A stretch of 64,000 nt of DNA from the human T2T-CHM13v2.0 reference genome, Homo sapiens: assembly GCA_009914755.4 (NCBI GenBank), contig CP068257.2:41792001-41856000 (forward strand), given 5' to 3'. Positions 37,514 through 53,547 of this stretch are shown piece after piece (the stretch's first letter is position 1; each line of letters starts with the position of its first letter). Made by a program: the position numbers and the translations under genes. Under the pieces are notes generated by a model. The model saw only the letters and a list, made by a program, of their open reading frames with translations. It did not search any database and was not told the DNA's origin.

Positions 37514-38353
37514 TCAAAAGGTCTAACATTCACGTCCTTAGAGGCCCAGAGGAGAGAAGAAAATGGTGCAGAAAAATATTTGAAGAAATAAAAGCAGAAA
37601 ACTTCCCAAATTTGGGGGAACATATCAATTTACAGTTTTAATGAGCTCAGCAAATCCCAAACAGACTAGACTCAAATAAAACCATGCCTACACACATTAA
37701 AAACTGCTAAAACATAAAAACAAAGAGAAAAATCTTGAATGTAGCCAGAGAAAAATGATAGCTTACACACACAGAGGGAGCAGGAATTCAAATGACCCAG
37801 GATTTCTCATCAAAACCACAGAGGCCAGCAAATACACTGTGGAGGCTTGAACGCATGCAGCTAAGTGAAAACAGCCAGCCTGGGAAAGGCCACACAACTA
37901 TACAACTCCAGCTATACAACTCTCGGGAACAGGCAAAACCATGGAGACGGGAAAAAGGTCAGTGGCTGCCAGGGGTTGGGAGGAGGGAGGGATGAATTGG
38001 CAGAGTGTGGAGGATTTTTAGGGCAGTGAAACTATTCCGTATGATGTTATAATGATGTCATTATACATGTCATTATATATTTGCCCCAAGCCCAGAATGT
38101 ACAACACACAGAGTGATCCCTGTTGTAAAAGATGGACGTAGGTAGTAACAATGTATGGATACTGGCTCATCAGCTGTGACCCATGTCCCATGGCATGGCT
38201 GTGCTCATAACAGGGAAGGAAGCTGTGGACAGTGTGGGGGAGGCGGGTGCGGGAATTCTCTGTACTTCCTGCTCAGTTTTTCTGCAAACCTAAATCTACT
38301 TCTTAAAACTCTACTAACTAAACAGAAATTAGGTGCAAAATAAGCAGAGAACT

Positions 38354-38659
<306 letters not shown>

Positions 38660-39120
38660 TAGAAATTTTTAAAACAAACAAACAAAAAAAACTGCTTAAA
38701 CAAAACAGGGAGGCCAGAAGACGATGGAACAATACCTTTTTTTTTCTTTTTTTTTTTAAATTATACTTTAAGTTCTAGGGTACTTGTGCAGAACATGCAG
38801 GTTTGCTACGTATGTACACATGCGCCATGCTGGTGTGCTGCACGAAGAATGAAAGGAGAAGAAGTCACCACAGAATCCTACATCCAGTGGAGACAGCCTT
38901 CAGGAATAGAAGCAAAATAAAGACATTCTCAAGTAAAGGAACTAGAAGAGAATTGTCACCAGCAAGGGAAAAGACCCCAGGGGGAAACACAGCACTTCTA
39001 GAATGAAGAAAGAGAAACAGAAATAGCGGATACCTGGGTAAATAGTTTTTAAACTATTTTTTCTTTTAAGTCCTTTAAAATATGTATGACTATTGAAAGC
39101 AAAAAATATACCATCATCTT

Positions 39121-39532
<412 letters not shown>

Positions 39533-40691
39533 CTAAGTGCTTCCAGCGCTTCCACACTTCACTCGAAGTCACAAAGCAGGATCTGCAGAAACTGTGAAAG
39601 GCTAGGTTTAGTATATTGTAATCTCTAAGCAATCACTTAGAAAAGATATACAGTAAAATAAAACTGAAAAGAGATTTAGCCAAAAAAGACAACAGATACA
39701 TTAAAATGGAAAATGGTAAAATATTAAAATAAGAAAAGGGAGCAGAAGGGACAATCAAAACCAACCGTAAGGCCAGACCTCAATGTTACAGTTCACAACA
39801 ATAGCACATATGCATCATAACCATCCCAGGACAGACCACAGTCGCGTATCAAGAGCGGCAGGACATAAGCCACCAGGAGCAGGAGGAAGGCAGAGAAGCC
39901 ATGGTGAAGACATGAAGAGACAGCCACCTTCACCCCTAACCCTGTACCTGTGGGGTCAAGCATGACATCTGAGCCTCTGTCCCTGGACTAGGGTAAACAA
40001 GGGGATCTCTGGGCCCAGGAAGGCTGGGGGCAGGGGCTGTGAGGAGCTGAGGGGCCTGCAGGCCACGCTGCCCTGGCACCCCATCTGGCACCTCTAGGTG
40101 GGTTCCCTCTCACTCCCGGTCAGGGAGCAGCATCTGACAAAACACTCTGCTGCAGGCCTCGGTCTCCCCCTCTGCTGAACGTCAGGCGGGTGCTGTCTGG
40201 GGCCTCCAGATGCTCCAAGGGGAAGACACGGCGCTGGAAGGCTCTGGGCGGTGGAGGGCTGTACAGGAGGGGCCATGGGCCTCCTGGAACTCCCCTGGGA
40301 ATGCTAGAAGGGGGCAGAGACAGCTCAGATGAAGCCCTGAGAGATTCCAATGGCATCCCAGGCCCCTCTCCCATCTCTCTCCCTCCCCCATCATCACTGC
40401 CTCTGAGGCCAGGGTACCCCAGGCTCTCCAACCCCACATATGGAGGCGGGCAGGCTCAGCTTCTGTCCAGCACCAGAGCAGTTGGAGAATGAAGTGGAAC
40501 CCAAACGTGGCTCCGTCCCCCAGGGAGACAAACCTGCAGACACCCTCCTGAGACTGGGACAGGGGGACGGGGAAGCCTGGCCCAGACAGAAGCACGAATT
40601 GGTGGCGTGGGCCTGGTGTTGAGAACAGGGTCCAACATCACAACCCCGCTCGGGAGGCCAGCGTCCGGGGCCTCTGCCAGCTCTGTCCCAG

Positions 40692-40775
40692 ACGGAATTT
40701 GTTCTCACTCTGGACACCCCCAGGGGACCCCTGTGCTCACAGGCAGATCCAGGGGGCAGGAGGGGGGCCTTCCCA
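40692..40775. repeat. Low-copy duplicated segment, copy A (about 85 bp)
   Basis: 'cggaatttgttctcactctggacacccccaggggacccctgtgctcacaggcagatccagggggcaggaggggggccttcccatgcc' is about 90% identical over the first about 70 bp to 44518-44610. Confidence 0.5.
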
Positions 40776-43700
40776 TGCCAAGTGCAGTTGGATGATGAAC
40801 GACACCCCCAAAAGATTTGTCCAGGTCCTAACCCGAGGAACTGGAGAATGGGACCTGATTTAGAAAAGGGGTCTTTGCAGATAGATGGGATTAAGTTAAG
40901 GATTTTGAGATGAAAGCCTCCTGGATGAGGGTGGACTTGAGATCCAAGGACACGTTCTGAGAAGGGGGAAAGGTGCAGAGACACAGTCACGTGAGACGGA
41001 GGCAGAGAACTGGAGCGATGCGGACACAAGCCAAGGACTGCCTGGGCCACCGGAAGCTAGGAGCGGCAGGAAGGGTTTTCTCCTGGAGCCTTCAGCAGGA
41101 GGTGGCCCTGCCGACACCTTGATTTTGAAGTCTGGCCCCAGGACTCAGAGAGTCCACTTCTGCTGCATGAGGCCCCCCGCATGCAGTATCCTGTCATGGC
41201 AGCCCCTGCCTCATGCGGCCTGGATCTCATGAGGGGTCCACTCCCCTCGTCTCCCCGGTGGGGCGCGGCATCTTCATGCTGCCCTCTAAGGACAAGCGCA
41301 TGAGAGGCCAGCCTCCCCCACCAGCAGGACAGAATGCACGAGGCCTTTACCAGGCCACACTGGCGCCTGGCGTGGCTAGGACAGCAGTGCTGCTGCCCCG
41401 CTGTGGGGCCGAAAGAAGCCAGGGATGAGGGTGCGGGCGCATCTGTGGGTCCCGGAGGCTCCAGACCCCCAGGCCAACTGCACAGCCTGCAGGCAGCACT
41501 GCCTGGCCAGCCCTGTCATCCCTCTGTCCGTACATCTAACCACTTTCTCTCTGGGGCCGCCCCGCCCAGAGTCCCTTTCCTGCCGGAGGCTGGGGCTTTC
41601 CTGGCAGCTACTCACCACTCTCCCGGTGTTTGTTCATCGAGGTTTCCCGCTGCTGACGGTTGTTTTGACTTGCTCAGAGTTGTCATGCACCTTTGCCCTG
41701 GCTATGTAAGGAGAAGGAGCCTTTATGCAATCCAGGAAGCCCGCGTCAGGCCCAGGAGGTGCGCCAGCTCTCTAGGATGCTGGCCAAGGTCCCCCGCACT
41801 TGGCCGGATCCAGGCAGGGAGTGACGGACCTGCTGGCATCCTCCTGACCCCGGTTTCCAGCTCTCCCCTCCCCCTGTCGACAACCCAGGGTCAGAGGACA
41901 GGCAGCCACCTGGCCAAGGGGCAGGCCCCCTTGTGCCCTGGATGGTGATGGCCTCTGGGGCCAGAAAGAACAAGGTGGTGAGGGGACCATGGAAGACGGC
42001 CTGGACTTTAGTGAGGGTGGATGGCTTGCTGGGCGGGTTCCTCAGGGGCAGAGGCTGGGACAGGATTCAGGGTTACATGGCATGTGACCCCTGGCCACCC
42101 CAGGAGAAGAGAGGGAAGGAGCAGGGGTCAGGACAAAGGGGCAGGTGCCCCCTGGGGGACTCAGGGGGCAGGCACCCATGGGGTACTGGGGAGGCTGCAG
42201 AGACACCTGCAGAGTTGCCCCCGCCGGCAGGAGACACTTGGCTACTTATCCCCCACCTGCCGTCAGTCGCTGTCAAGGGGCTCCCAGGGACCCTGACTGC
42301 CCAGCATGTCTGGCCTGGCTGGAGGGAGTCCCCAGGTAGCGCTGAGCCATTGTACAGGCTGGAGGGACGAGGCTGTTACTGGCGCCCAGGCTTGGGGCCA
42401 TGCTGCAGCAGCCTGGGAGAGGCAGAGAGAGAGAGACACCGGGCCTTCCCCATGGCAGAGCCGGCCACTAGCTGAGCCTGGCTGAGAGGCGGTAAGGGGG
42501 CTGGGCCTGGCCCTGGAGCGAGCTCTACGAGGGGGTCTGGGGCTCACAGACAGGCCAGCACCATGCCTCCAAGAGTCAGAGAAGTGAGGCATCAGACAGG
42601 CTGTGGCCCAGTCCCACAGAAGAGGTGCCGTCTTGAGCCTCCAGTGTGCTCTGCACGGCCTGGAGGCCCGGACACGTTTTGGGTGGAGGGTGGGGGTCTC
42701 AGCCTGGGCCAGGCTCCCCATCTCACCCCTAAGAGTGGCATCGGCCCAGGGTCCGGCCAGGCCCTACTGATGTGTTCTCAGGGGCCAGGACATCAGTGCA
42801 ACAGGGCAGCCGCTTGCGACAGGACCCGGCCGACTGTCCCCGTCCCCAGAGCACTTTTGGCTGCATCTGGGAGCCGCATCCCCTGTTTGTTCTCTGGAAC
42901 CAGGAAGCCAGGGCTTTCCACTTCCTGGCTGCTGCAGAGGCCATGCTCTTTTTACTCTCCAAATAGGAAAGCTCCTGCAAGCCTCCTGCCAAGTGAGTGT
43001 GGAGAGCTGATCTCAGTGTGGCTGAGGTTAATGGACAGGAAGTGCCATTACCTAAATGGGCCAATAAGCTGATGAGAAGCCCGAGAAGAAAGCCTTTCCA
43101 GGCCTTGACCCAGAGAGCCGGCAGGAAAGCGGCAGGCGTCGCGGCCCCAGCAGGGAAGACCAGCTCCTGAGCTCGAGCCCCAGCTCCATCTGCAGCCTGG
43201 CCTCACCGCAGTGCCCTCGGACCTCTGCTCACCCTTCTCTGGCCTCCTCTGGCCTCCTCAGGGCTCCTGCACACACACCTGTGGGTCTACAAGGGGCAAA
43301 AAAGATCCCGGAACATCGGAGCAAGAGCCCCCCACCCGACCCCGTGTGCAAGCCCCCATTTACGTGTTGCACTCCCAGGGGCCCCTGAAGCCCTCCCTCT
43401 CGGCCTCAAAATTCCCATTGCAGACATGGTCCAGCAAGGCCAGCTGTCTGGCTTTCCGGCCGACGATCAAAACAGCAAGTCGGAATGATGATGGGCTGAT
43501 GGACGCGGGCCACCGACAACCAGGTGACCACTGAGAGCAAGGAAGAAGCCACACAGATGCAAGGCCCCCAAAGTGGGAAACCCCGTGGCAGGGGCCAGGG
43601 GCACCTAAATAACAGACGTCCCACGGTGTCACCTGGGCCCGGTACAGGATGGCGGCTAGCAAGGCCGTGTCACCAGGAGGCTGAGTCACGGGGAGGCTGC

Positions 43701-44261
43701 GCCACTGGGAGGCTGCGCAGACTGTTGAAGGGGGCACAGGAACGTGGAATTGGTGTTGGACCAAATGAAACTGCCAACACCTGCCCTCAAAACTGGGGAG
43801 TTCCCAGTGGCTGAACCGAGGATTTCCACAATGGGGGGCACTGTTCTAAAAAGAGAAGGTTGAGGGCCTAGACCGTTGAGTTGTAATCATTCACAAAACC
43901 TTTTCCATGGAATTCTGCAGCTGGCCTGGGAAGGCTGTGCACGGTGGCCACACGGTGCTGCGGTGAAGTCTAAGGGGCTGTTCAACGTAGCACCTACATT
44001 TGGGGAATTACAGATGCCACAGCCTGCAGGGAGGCACCCACAACTGTCTCCCCCAAGGTAAAGACGACTGTCCTTCACTTACGACACACCGGGTTCCTGC
44101 ACAGCGATGGCCTGGAGCATCCAGAGAAGGGTCCCTGCTCTCAGAGCCGGCCAGGCGGGCTGTGTACACGGCCACGGAAAGCACCCTTGGGGGAGGGTGT
44201 TGCTGTGATTTCTGCACCCCCACTTCCTCACGTCCTGCAACCTAGCTAGAATCTGCAATCA

Positions 44262-44623
44262 AAAGCTACCCAGCTTTGGAAGGCTGAGTGGGATCACTTA
44301 AGGCCAGGAGTTTGAGTCCAGCCTGGGCAACACAGCAAGTTCCCGTCTCTGAAAAAAAAAAAAAAATTAGGCAGGCGTGGTGGTGTGTCGCTGTGGTCCC
44401 AGCTCCTCAGGAGGCTGAGGTGGGAGGATCACTTGAACCCTGGAGTTCAAGGTTGCAGTGAGCCATGATCGCACCACTGAAGGTCAGCCTGGGCAACAGA
44501 GTAAGACTCTATCCCAAACGGAATTTGTTCTCACTCTGGACACCCCCAGGGGCACCCTGTGTTCACAGGCAGATCCAGGGGGCGGGAGTGAGACCTTGCC
44601 ATGCCTGTCTCAAAAAAAAAAAA
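44262..44623 (+). mobile_element. Rearranged Alu: 5'-truncated body, about 67-bp non-Alu insert (copy B of duplicated segment) near the 3' end, then a second Alu 3' end and A-tail
   Basis: 'cccagctttggaaggctgagtgggatcacttaaggccaggagtttgagtccagcctgggcaacacagcaagttcccgtctctgaaaaaaaaaaaaaaattaggcaggcgtggtgg...gagtaagactctatcccaaa' then 'cggaatttgttctcactctggacacccccaggggcaccctgtgttcacaggcagatccagggggcgg' then 'gagtgagaccttgccatgcctgtctcaaaaaaaaaaaa'. Confidence 0.75.
44518..44610. repeat. Low-copy duplicated segment, copy B
   Basis: See copy A. This copy is embedded inside the Alu 3' end. Confidence 0.5.
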
Positions 44624-45022
44624 GCCATCAAGGATGCTTTGGGTGTCGGCCGCCGCAGGCCCCCATCTCTCTGCATCTAGCCACATCACTTGGCCCTCAG
44701 AATGGAGCAGGAATGCGAGTTCCAGGCCCAAGAGCCACAGGATGGCGGGAGCTCTCACAAAATGAGCGTGGTCTTGCTAGCGGGGCACAGGCTGTCTCCA
44801 GTGGACAGGCCACTCCCACACAGGCATGGAAGTGCAGGACGCGCTCTTCCCGTGGCCTAAGGCCCCTTGTTTCTGGAAGGATGGGTGAAAGCAGACACTA
44901 CCTGTGCCAACTGGAAAGCTCTCACAACGAGATGAAACACCCGCAGGGCCGTGCCCTGCCTGCAGCAGCTCCGGCCTCGCTGTGCGTTTTCAGGGGACCT
45001 TGTGCTGCGGGTGCAACTGTTA

Positions 45023-46222
<1,200 letters not shown>

Positions 46223-46420
46223 CTATTTCTCAGGCGGGAAATGGGTTCCAGCAGTATCCAGACCACACCCTTGGAAGGGCAGAACCAGGAGCCCCCGTGC
46301 CGGGGGGCTTCATAGCCACGGCCTCTCACTGCCCTACCAGCAGGGTCACTGCCCCATCACCAGGAGCCTCTCAAGGGGTGTCCCCACGCACACAGCAGAA
46401 AATCCCAAGGACTGGCAACT

Positions 46421-46473
46421 GCTTGAGCCTCCCGAAGTCCTGGGATTACAGGCGTGAGCCACCACGTCCGGCC
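46421..46473 (-). mobile_element. Short Alu 5'-end fragment, minus orientation
   Basis: 'gcttgagcctcccgaagtcctgggattacaggcgtgagccaccacgtccggcc'. Confidence 0.7.
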
Positions 46474-46538
46474 CTGCCAGGGCTTTCGGTTGCCGTGTGT
46501 GCACGTCTCTGTGTGTGCACATGCATGCACAGGTGTTA

Positions 46539-46848
<310 letters not shown>

Positions 46849-47797
46849 TTGTCATCTCTGTCTCTCTGTTTTGCATTCTGGTCAAATTCCGTATTTCTCT
46901 CTTCTATTTCACTAATTCTCTTTTCAACTGTGTACTTCATCCTATCCCATCTTCTGAGCCTTTTGTCTCGGTGACTGTATTTTTCATTTCCAGGATGTGC
47001 CATTTTCATAACTATCTGTTCTTGTCTTGAATCTGCCATTCAGTTTTTGTAATGTATTTACTTTAATGGCTGTGGTCCTTTTTCTTATCTCTTTGGTAGA
47101 TTAAGTCTTTATTAGATTCCTCCATAAACTTTACTCCATCTGGAATGAATTCATGTTCTGGGTATGAATTTTGTTGGTTGTTTCTTTTTTAATTTCAATG
47201 AAATTAGGATAACGTAAAGTTAGCAATTTAAAAGTGTGCAATTTAGTGGCATTTAATACACTCAGGATGTTGTGTACCCATAACTGTTTCTTAACATGCA
47301 AAATCCCGTGCTTCTGAATTGGGGCTTGCAGACTCATTTTTAAAAGTTTAGTCATTGGATCAGGATATGGGAAATCAATTCTCTGAAAGTCAGTTCACAA
47401 AATGACCTTGATTGGTCAGTTTGCTGAAAATCAATTCTCTAAACGATACATTTTCCAAGACTTCAGACAGAAACTTTAAACCTTGTCTGGGCAGTTGGCC
47501 GCAGCCATTTGGCAACACAGGCAGGAGCAGGGGCTGAAAATTCCAGCAAAATACGTGAGCCAGGGTTAAGGGCACATTCAGAAGAAAAGACATTCAGTCG
47601 AGCTGGACCAATGCATATCAGGAAAAGTGGCCGCCATAAAACAGCGAGAAGCCTTTGGAGGCCATTTTTTTATTCACTAACTAGATCACTCCGTGAAGTC
47701 GGCTCGGGTCCACCCAGGTCTAGGCAAACAGAGTTGTAGCAAATTGATCTAATTCTGAAGACAAAGTGGCAAGTAGACGTCGAGGGCACGGTGGAGT

Positions 47798-47912
47798 CCT
47801 GGCTTTCCACAAAATTCTGCTAGCTGTGTGACCTCAGGCAAGTCGCTGAGCCTCTCTGTACCTCAGTTTGCCCCTCAGGGTTCCTGTAAGGATTAAATGA
47901 GGTCGCCTAGGT
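47798..47912 (+). mobile_element. MIR SINE fragment
   Basis: 'ctggctttccacaaaattctgctagctgtgtgacctcaggcaagtcgctgagcctctctgtacctcagtttgcccctcagggttcctgtaaggattaaatgaggt' parallels the MIR core '...tagctgtgtgaccttgggcaagtcacttaacctctctgagcctcagtttcctcatctgtaaaatgggg...agggttgttgtgaggattaaatgagat'. Confidence 0.6.
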
Positions 47913-50810
47913 GTTGGCGGAGGTTAGTAACCTCCTGGTGGGAGAGCTCTCCAGGCTGTCCAGGGCCTGCACCATCAGCCCTCAGGGCCCTTCCTGCTGC
48001 CCTCACAAGCTGATGCCACTCTGGGCCCTGGGTTTCAGGAGAAAATGACCTCTGTAGAAGCTCCCCCTGCCCAGCCCTGGGGAGGAGGCAAGCCAGGGGA
48101 GCTCTCGCGAAAGCCCCCAGGAGCACAGCTCTCCTCCCTTCCTTCTCCCTGATCGGTGGACCTATGCAGGGACATGACAGCAGCGTGTCACCCACCCTGG
48201 CCACCACTCCCTCCTGGCAGCCCCAGACTGACAGTCTCTGCCTTTCCTTCTTTCTAGTGGCAGCGTCTCTAAAGCAGCTTCTCTTTCGCCTGTTTCCGAC
48301 CTGACCCCATCACCGGCTGCCCGAGGCCACCCTGCAATCAGCCATATAGGCATTCCCAAAGCCCAGTGAACCCCTGATAGTACGGTGTCCGCCAGGAATG
48401 AGGTGGGCACTGGAAATCCATGCATGATAGGAACCAGAAGAGGGTTGGCCCTTCACCCTCCCCACCTTCTGGCCCCCAGACTGGTAGCTTGCCCCCGGGG
48501 CCTCCTCTGGGCTAGGGTCTGCCCACCAATGCTTGCTCCTGTGACAGGCAACAGCAACTCCAGATGTCCCATCACAGCTGCCCACCGGACACAGATATGG
48601 GGACACCAAGTGCGCAGGGGGCAAAGTCATCTGCGTTGTGCTCAGCTGCCGCCGCCACACAACAGCACCAGAAGAGCTCCCGCCGGGTGTGCTCACACCA
48701 CACGCTCTCACTGCACACATGCTGGGTTGGTGCCCCGTCCGCTGAAGGGACATGCCACCGAGCATGCCGGGTGCCACCGAGCTGCTGGCATGTTCGGTGC
48801 CTGCTGGCTGAACCTCGGAGTTGCGTGGCGGTGGCTTTGCTTCATCACTGTCTGGTTCACCGTGCTCTAAGTTCGGGAGCCCTGCGAGCAGTGATGCGTG
48901 GCCACGTCTACAGCCTCGCTGGCCTGTCACGTTCCCAGGTCAGGCTCTCAGCTCCAGCGGGAATCTCCCATTCCCCTACTGTCTTAGTCCATTCTGGCTG
49001 CTATAGCAAAATCCCACAGGCGGGCGGCTTCTCAGCAGCAGAAACCTATTTCTCACAGTCCTGCAGGCTGGAAGTCCCAGACCAGGTGCCCGCGTGGCCG
49101 GGCTCTGGCGAGGGCCCACCTGCGGCTTGCCCATGAGCGTCTTCTCACTGTGTCCTCACACGTGGAAGGAGCAAGGGATCTCTCCTTCCTAAGGGCACTC
49201 ATCCCAGCATGAGGGCTCTGTCCTTCAGGCCTAATCACCTCCCAAAGGCCCCACCTCCTAATGCCACTGCTTTGGGGGTGAGGATTTCCACCTGAGTTTT
49301 GGGGGAACATGAGCGTCCAGCCCTCAGCAGCTGTTACTGTGACCCGCAAACCTGCCGCCCCCCTGCTCTTGCCCAGCGATCCACAGGCACCCCAGCCCTT
49401 CCCATAGCAGGGACAGGAAAGGATTCAGATCCCACGAGGAAAGCCCAGTTCACACATCCAGCTCAGCCCTGCATGTCCCACGTCCTGCTGGGAGCTAGTG
49501 GTGTTCATCATAACTCAGCCCCAAGGCAGCCAGCAGCACAGGTGCCACCAACATACAGGGAAATCTGCATCACTTGGTGCCTGTCTGGTGTTCAGTTTCT
49601 AGGTGGCTGGTTCTACCCCTGCCATGCACGGGTTCCCACCCCCGCAGCTGCCTCTTCTATCCCCATGATCAGGGGTGGCCAGGCCCCCCCTCCCCTTCTT
49701 GGTGGAGCCAGCACTTCCTGCAGGTTCTGGACAACTGGCTGAGACTGGCCTGGGTGCTCAGGGTGCCAGGACTGCTCAGGCCACGCCACACCCAGGCTGG
49801 GAGCTGCAGCCGCCACAACAGCACCTCCCAGCTGCCCTCTGCTGCTGCAGCCAACATCACAATGTCATGTCACAGCAGGTGACACAAACCCCACACAGGC
49901 ACAGTCCACGCAGCCCCAGTCCCATCTCATCTCTCCTTCTCTGTCCCTGCTCCCAGCCTATTCAGCCTGAAAACCCACCCCCTCCCTGGCAGAGTCAGCT
50001 GGCCCCGGGCCCACTAGGGGGACCAGCACTGATGCTGCACACTGCCAAGTCACCCAGCAGACATGAGGGCAGGAGAGCAGGCTGGGCAGGACCACCCACT
50101 GACCTGTCCCCCTGCCTCCTGGGGCTTCCACGTCCCCACCTATGCATGGGATCTGCGGGGGCTGCACCCACAGGCTCGCTGTGAGCAGGATGAGCTCCAT
50201 GCGTGGTGAGGGGTCTCCACATGTTCCTGTTATTGCGGATACAGTGACAAGCCCTGAATTTCAAGCGCTCCCATCCAGCAGGAGCGGGGCAGAGAGTGGG
50301 GGCTGGGGCTTCCATGAGGGGCCGTCTCACCAAGCCCTAGGCTCGGGCACCAGAATCACACTCTGTACTGGGCTCCCTGTTTTGAGGCACTCCAGGGCTT
50401 CCCAGGGCCCTTCCAGGTGCCCTCCTGCCAAGGGTCCAGGGGTCTCAGGTTCCCTGCGCTTGCCTGTCTGGGAAGAAGCTGAGCTGATGGACCCCGCACC
50501 CCACAATACCACTGTCCTGGGGCTTTAACACTTAAGAGACCAGCACTCTCCCCACCGTTTTACTTTCTGAACCTTTCAAACACATGGCAATTTATTTAGC
50601 CAGTTGTGCAGTGAAGACCCATGCACTCCCAGACACTCCCATGCACAGCGCACTACACTTGCCTAGCCCAGGTCCATCCACCCATCTTACTTCTGATGCA
50701 TTTCAAAGTAAGTTATTGCAGCATTTCTCACAGAAAAAAACAAATCTAAAGATCCATCACTAGGCAAGACTAGTGAATAAACCACAGCATATCCATACAA
50801 GGGAATATTA

Positions 50811-51165
<355 letters not shown>

Positions 51166-53321
51166 TCAAGTGAATATGGAAAAGTACAGAACCGTGAACA
51201 GACAAAGCTACCATCTGTGCAAACATCTACACAAAGATCCTGCCTAAGCCGCAGAAAGTGGAGGCGGCAATCCCTGGGGCCGGCCTCGGCCAGGAGGGGT
51301 CCAGGTCCTCCCACAAATAACCCAACCTCCCGTCCTTCAGAGGCACAGCCCTTGGAGGTGCCTGGTGGAACTGAGCATGGCTGCTCTCCGTGGGAACCGC
51401 TCAGCAACTCAGCTGCACAGACTCCTTTCTTCCCACCTCTCCATCCCACTGCTCCCTCCTGTCCCCTCGGGCTTCCTGGGTCACCTCCAGGTAATCCACC
51501 TGCACCCAAGCCCCTGCCTCGGCTCTGCCTTCAGGGGAACCCAAACCAAGACACATCTCTTTTACATCAAATGCAGTGTGTTTTTCTGCTGATAGACATG
51601 GAAAGGCCCTCAGGGGAAACACAAGAATCTGGCGACAATGACCGCCTTTGGAGAGACACCAGTAGGAGACACCAGTAGGACGTTTACTACTCACTCTTCC
51701 TTTAGTTGCTTCTGTGCCTTCTGAAACTTGTTCCCTGGGCATATCTAACTTACTCAAAAACTTACTCTTTCATAAAAGACATCAACTCCTAGACGTCTGC
51801 GCGAGAGAAGCGGAAACACAAGTGCCGTGACGTGTTCAGCCACTTGATTCCCAATAGCCACAACGTGGGCACCCCAGCATCCATCAGCTGCTGGGCAGAT
51901 GCACAGGACACGCATACGATGAAACCTGTTCGGCCATGGAAAGGAGGGAGGCTCTGACTCACGCCACAGCACAGACAAGCCTCAGGACATGCTGCTCAGT
52001 GAGAGGCCACATCCTGTGACTCTGCTGCTGGGAAATATTCAGAGCAGGCGCATCCACAGGGACAGGAGCTATGCCAGGGCTGCCAGGGCCTGGGACAGGA
52101 ACGGGATGAGCCGTGAAGGGGCACACAGGGTCTATCTGGAAGGATGCAATGTTCCGACGGTGGATCGTGCTGGTGGCTGCATGATGCAGTGACAACTGCT
52201 GAATCGTACACCTGAGACTTGGGTAGCATGCAAACTCCACCTCAGTAAAGTTTTTTAAAAACAACAACAAAAAGGTGACTGACACCTCAGAACCTCCAAG
52301 TGGGGGCAGCGGCGGGCACTGCCTGCTCCTGCTGGCGGGAACTGGGTGGGCTGAGCCCCCGCAGGCAGTCCTCCCGGGAAGGCCTGGCTGCCAATGCCTG
52401 GACACAGCTATCTGGGTGACCGGGCTCCACGACATTTGCATAGGATGCAGCAGGGTAGCCACAGCACGCCCCTTTCTCAATCTCATTTCTGCAACTCAAA
52501 TAAGAAAATCTTAAACAAATAAACCAACAAAAGGAGTGACACACGGAGCTCCTGGCCGGGGTGCAGGGCTGTCTTGAGCCCCCAAGGATCTCTGTGCAGA
52601 CAGGCTCTTGGCCCACACCACTGCCCAATCCTCCTTCTGATGGGCTGTGACCCAGGGACACTTCTGTAGGCATCGTCCTGCACGGGTGGAATGGGAGGGC
52701 TGAGGCCAGGCCAGGCAGCGTCCTGTACACTCAGGAAGACCCCATGACTTCGCAGGGGGTGGCAAGGACCCAGGAAATGTCCATCCCCCATTTTATCCAC
52801 AACAACACTGAGGAGCCCTCAGGTCCTGGCTTTTACACCCCTCCCCCACGGGCCCATTGCCCCCTGTGGTAGGTAGGCCATTCTTGCATTGCTATAAAGA
52901 AACAAACTGAGACTGGGTAATTTATAAAGAAAAGGGGTTTGATTGGCTCAGGTTCTGTAGGCTACACAGGAAGCATGGCACTGGCATCTGCTTGGCTTCC
53001 GGTGAGGCCTCAGGAAGCTTTCAATCATGTCGGAAGGCACAGGAGGAGCCCATGTGTCGCACAGCAAGAGCGGGAGGGCAGGTGGCAGGTGGAAGATGCC
53101 ACAGACTGTTTCCCAGCTCTCTCGAGAGCTCACTGACTATCACAAGGACAGCACCAAGCCAGGAGCCACCCCTATGATCCAGCTCCTCCCACCAGGCCCC
53201 ACCTCCAGCACTGGGGACTACATCCCCACATGAGACCAGAGCGGGACATCCAAGCTATATTGCCCTCTTCAACAGGGAGGAGCAGAGGCTGCACACTGTG
53301 TGCTGCTCAGAGCAGCCAGAG

Positions 53322-53547
53322 ACCAACAGCAAACGAAAAGGAGAAACACCAACACCAAACGAAAAGAAGGAGAAACACCAACACCAAACGAAAAGAAGGA
53401 GAAACACCAACAGCAAACAAAAAGGAGAAACACCAACACCAAACGAAAAGAAGGAGAAACACCAACACCAAACGAAAAGAAGGAGAAACACCAACACCAA
53501 ACGAAAAGAAGGAGAAACACCAACACCAAACGAAAAGAAGGAGAAAC
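53322..53547. repeat. VNTR minisatellite: 29-bp unit (accaacaccaaacgaaaagaaggagaaac) x about 7.8, purine-rich on plus
   Basis: Head-to-tail units read directly. Variants are 'accaacagcaaacgaaaaggagaaac' (26 bp) and 'accaacagcaaacaaaaaggagaaac'. Because 29 is not divisible by 3, it generates the 87-bp-periodic ORF artefacts (...KEKHQHQTKRRRNTNTKRKEGETPTPNE...) on both strands in the ORF track. Confidence 0.9.

Noticed and set aside
53322-53547. Possible CRISPR array (regular direct repeats)
   Set aside because: Units are contiguous with no unique spacers. The sequence is eukaryotic (Alu-flanked) and no cas-like ORFs are present. This is a VNTR minisatellite.
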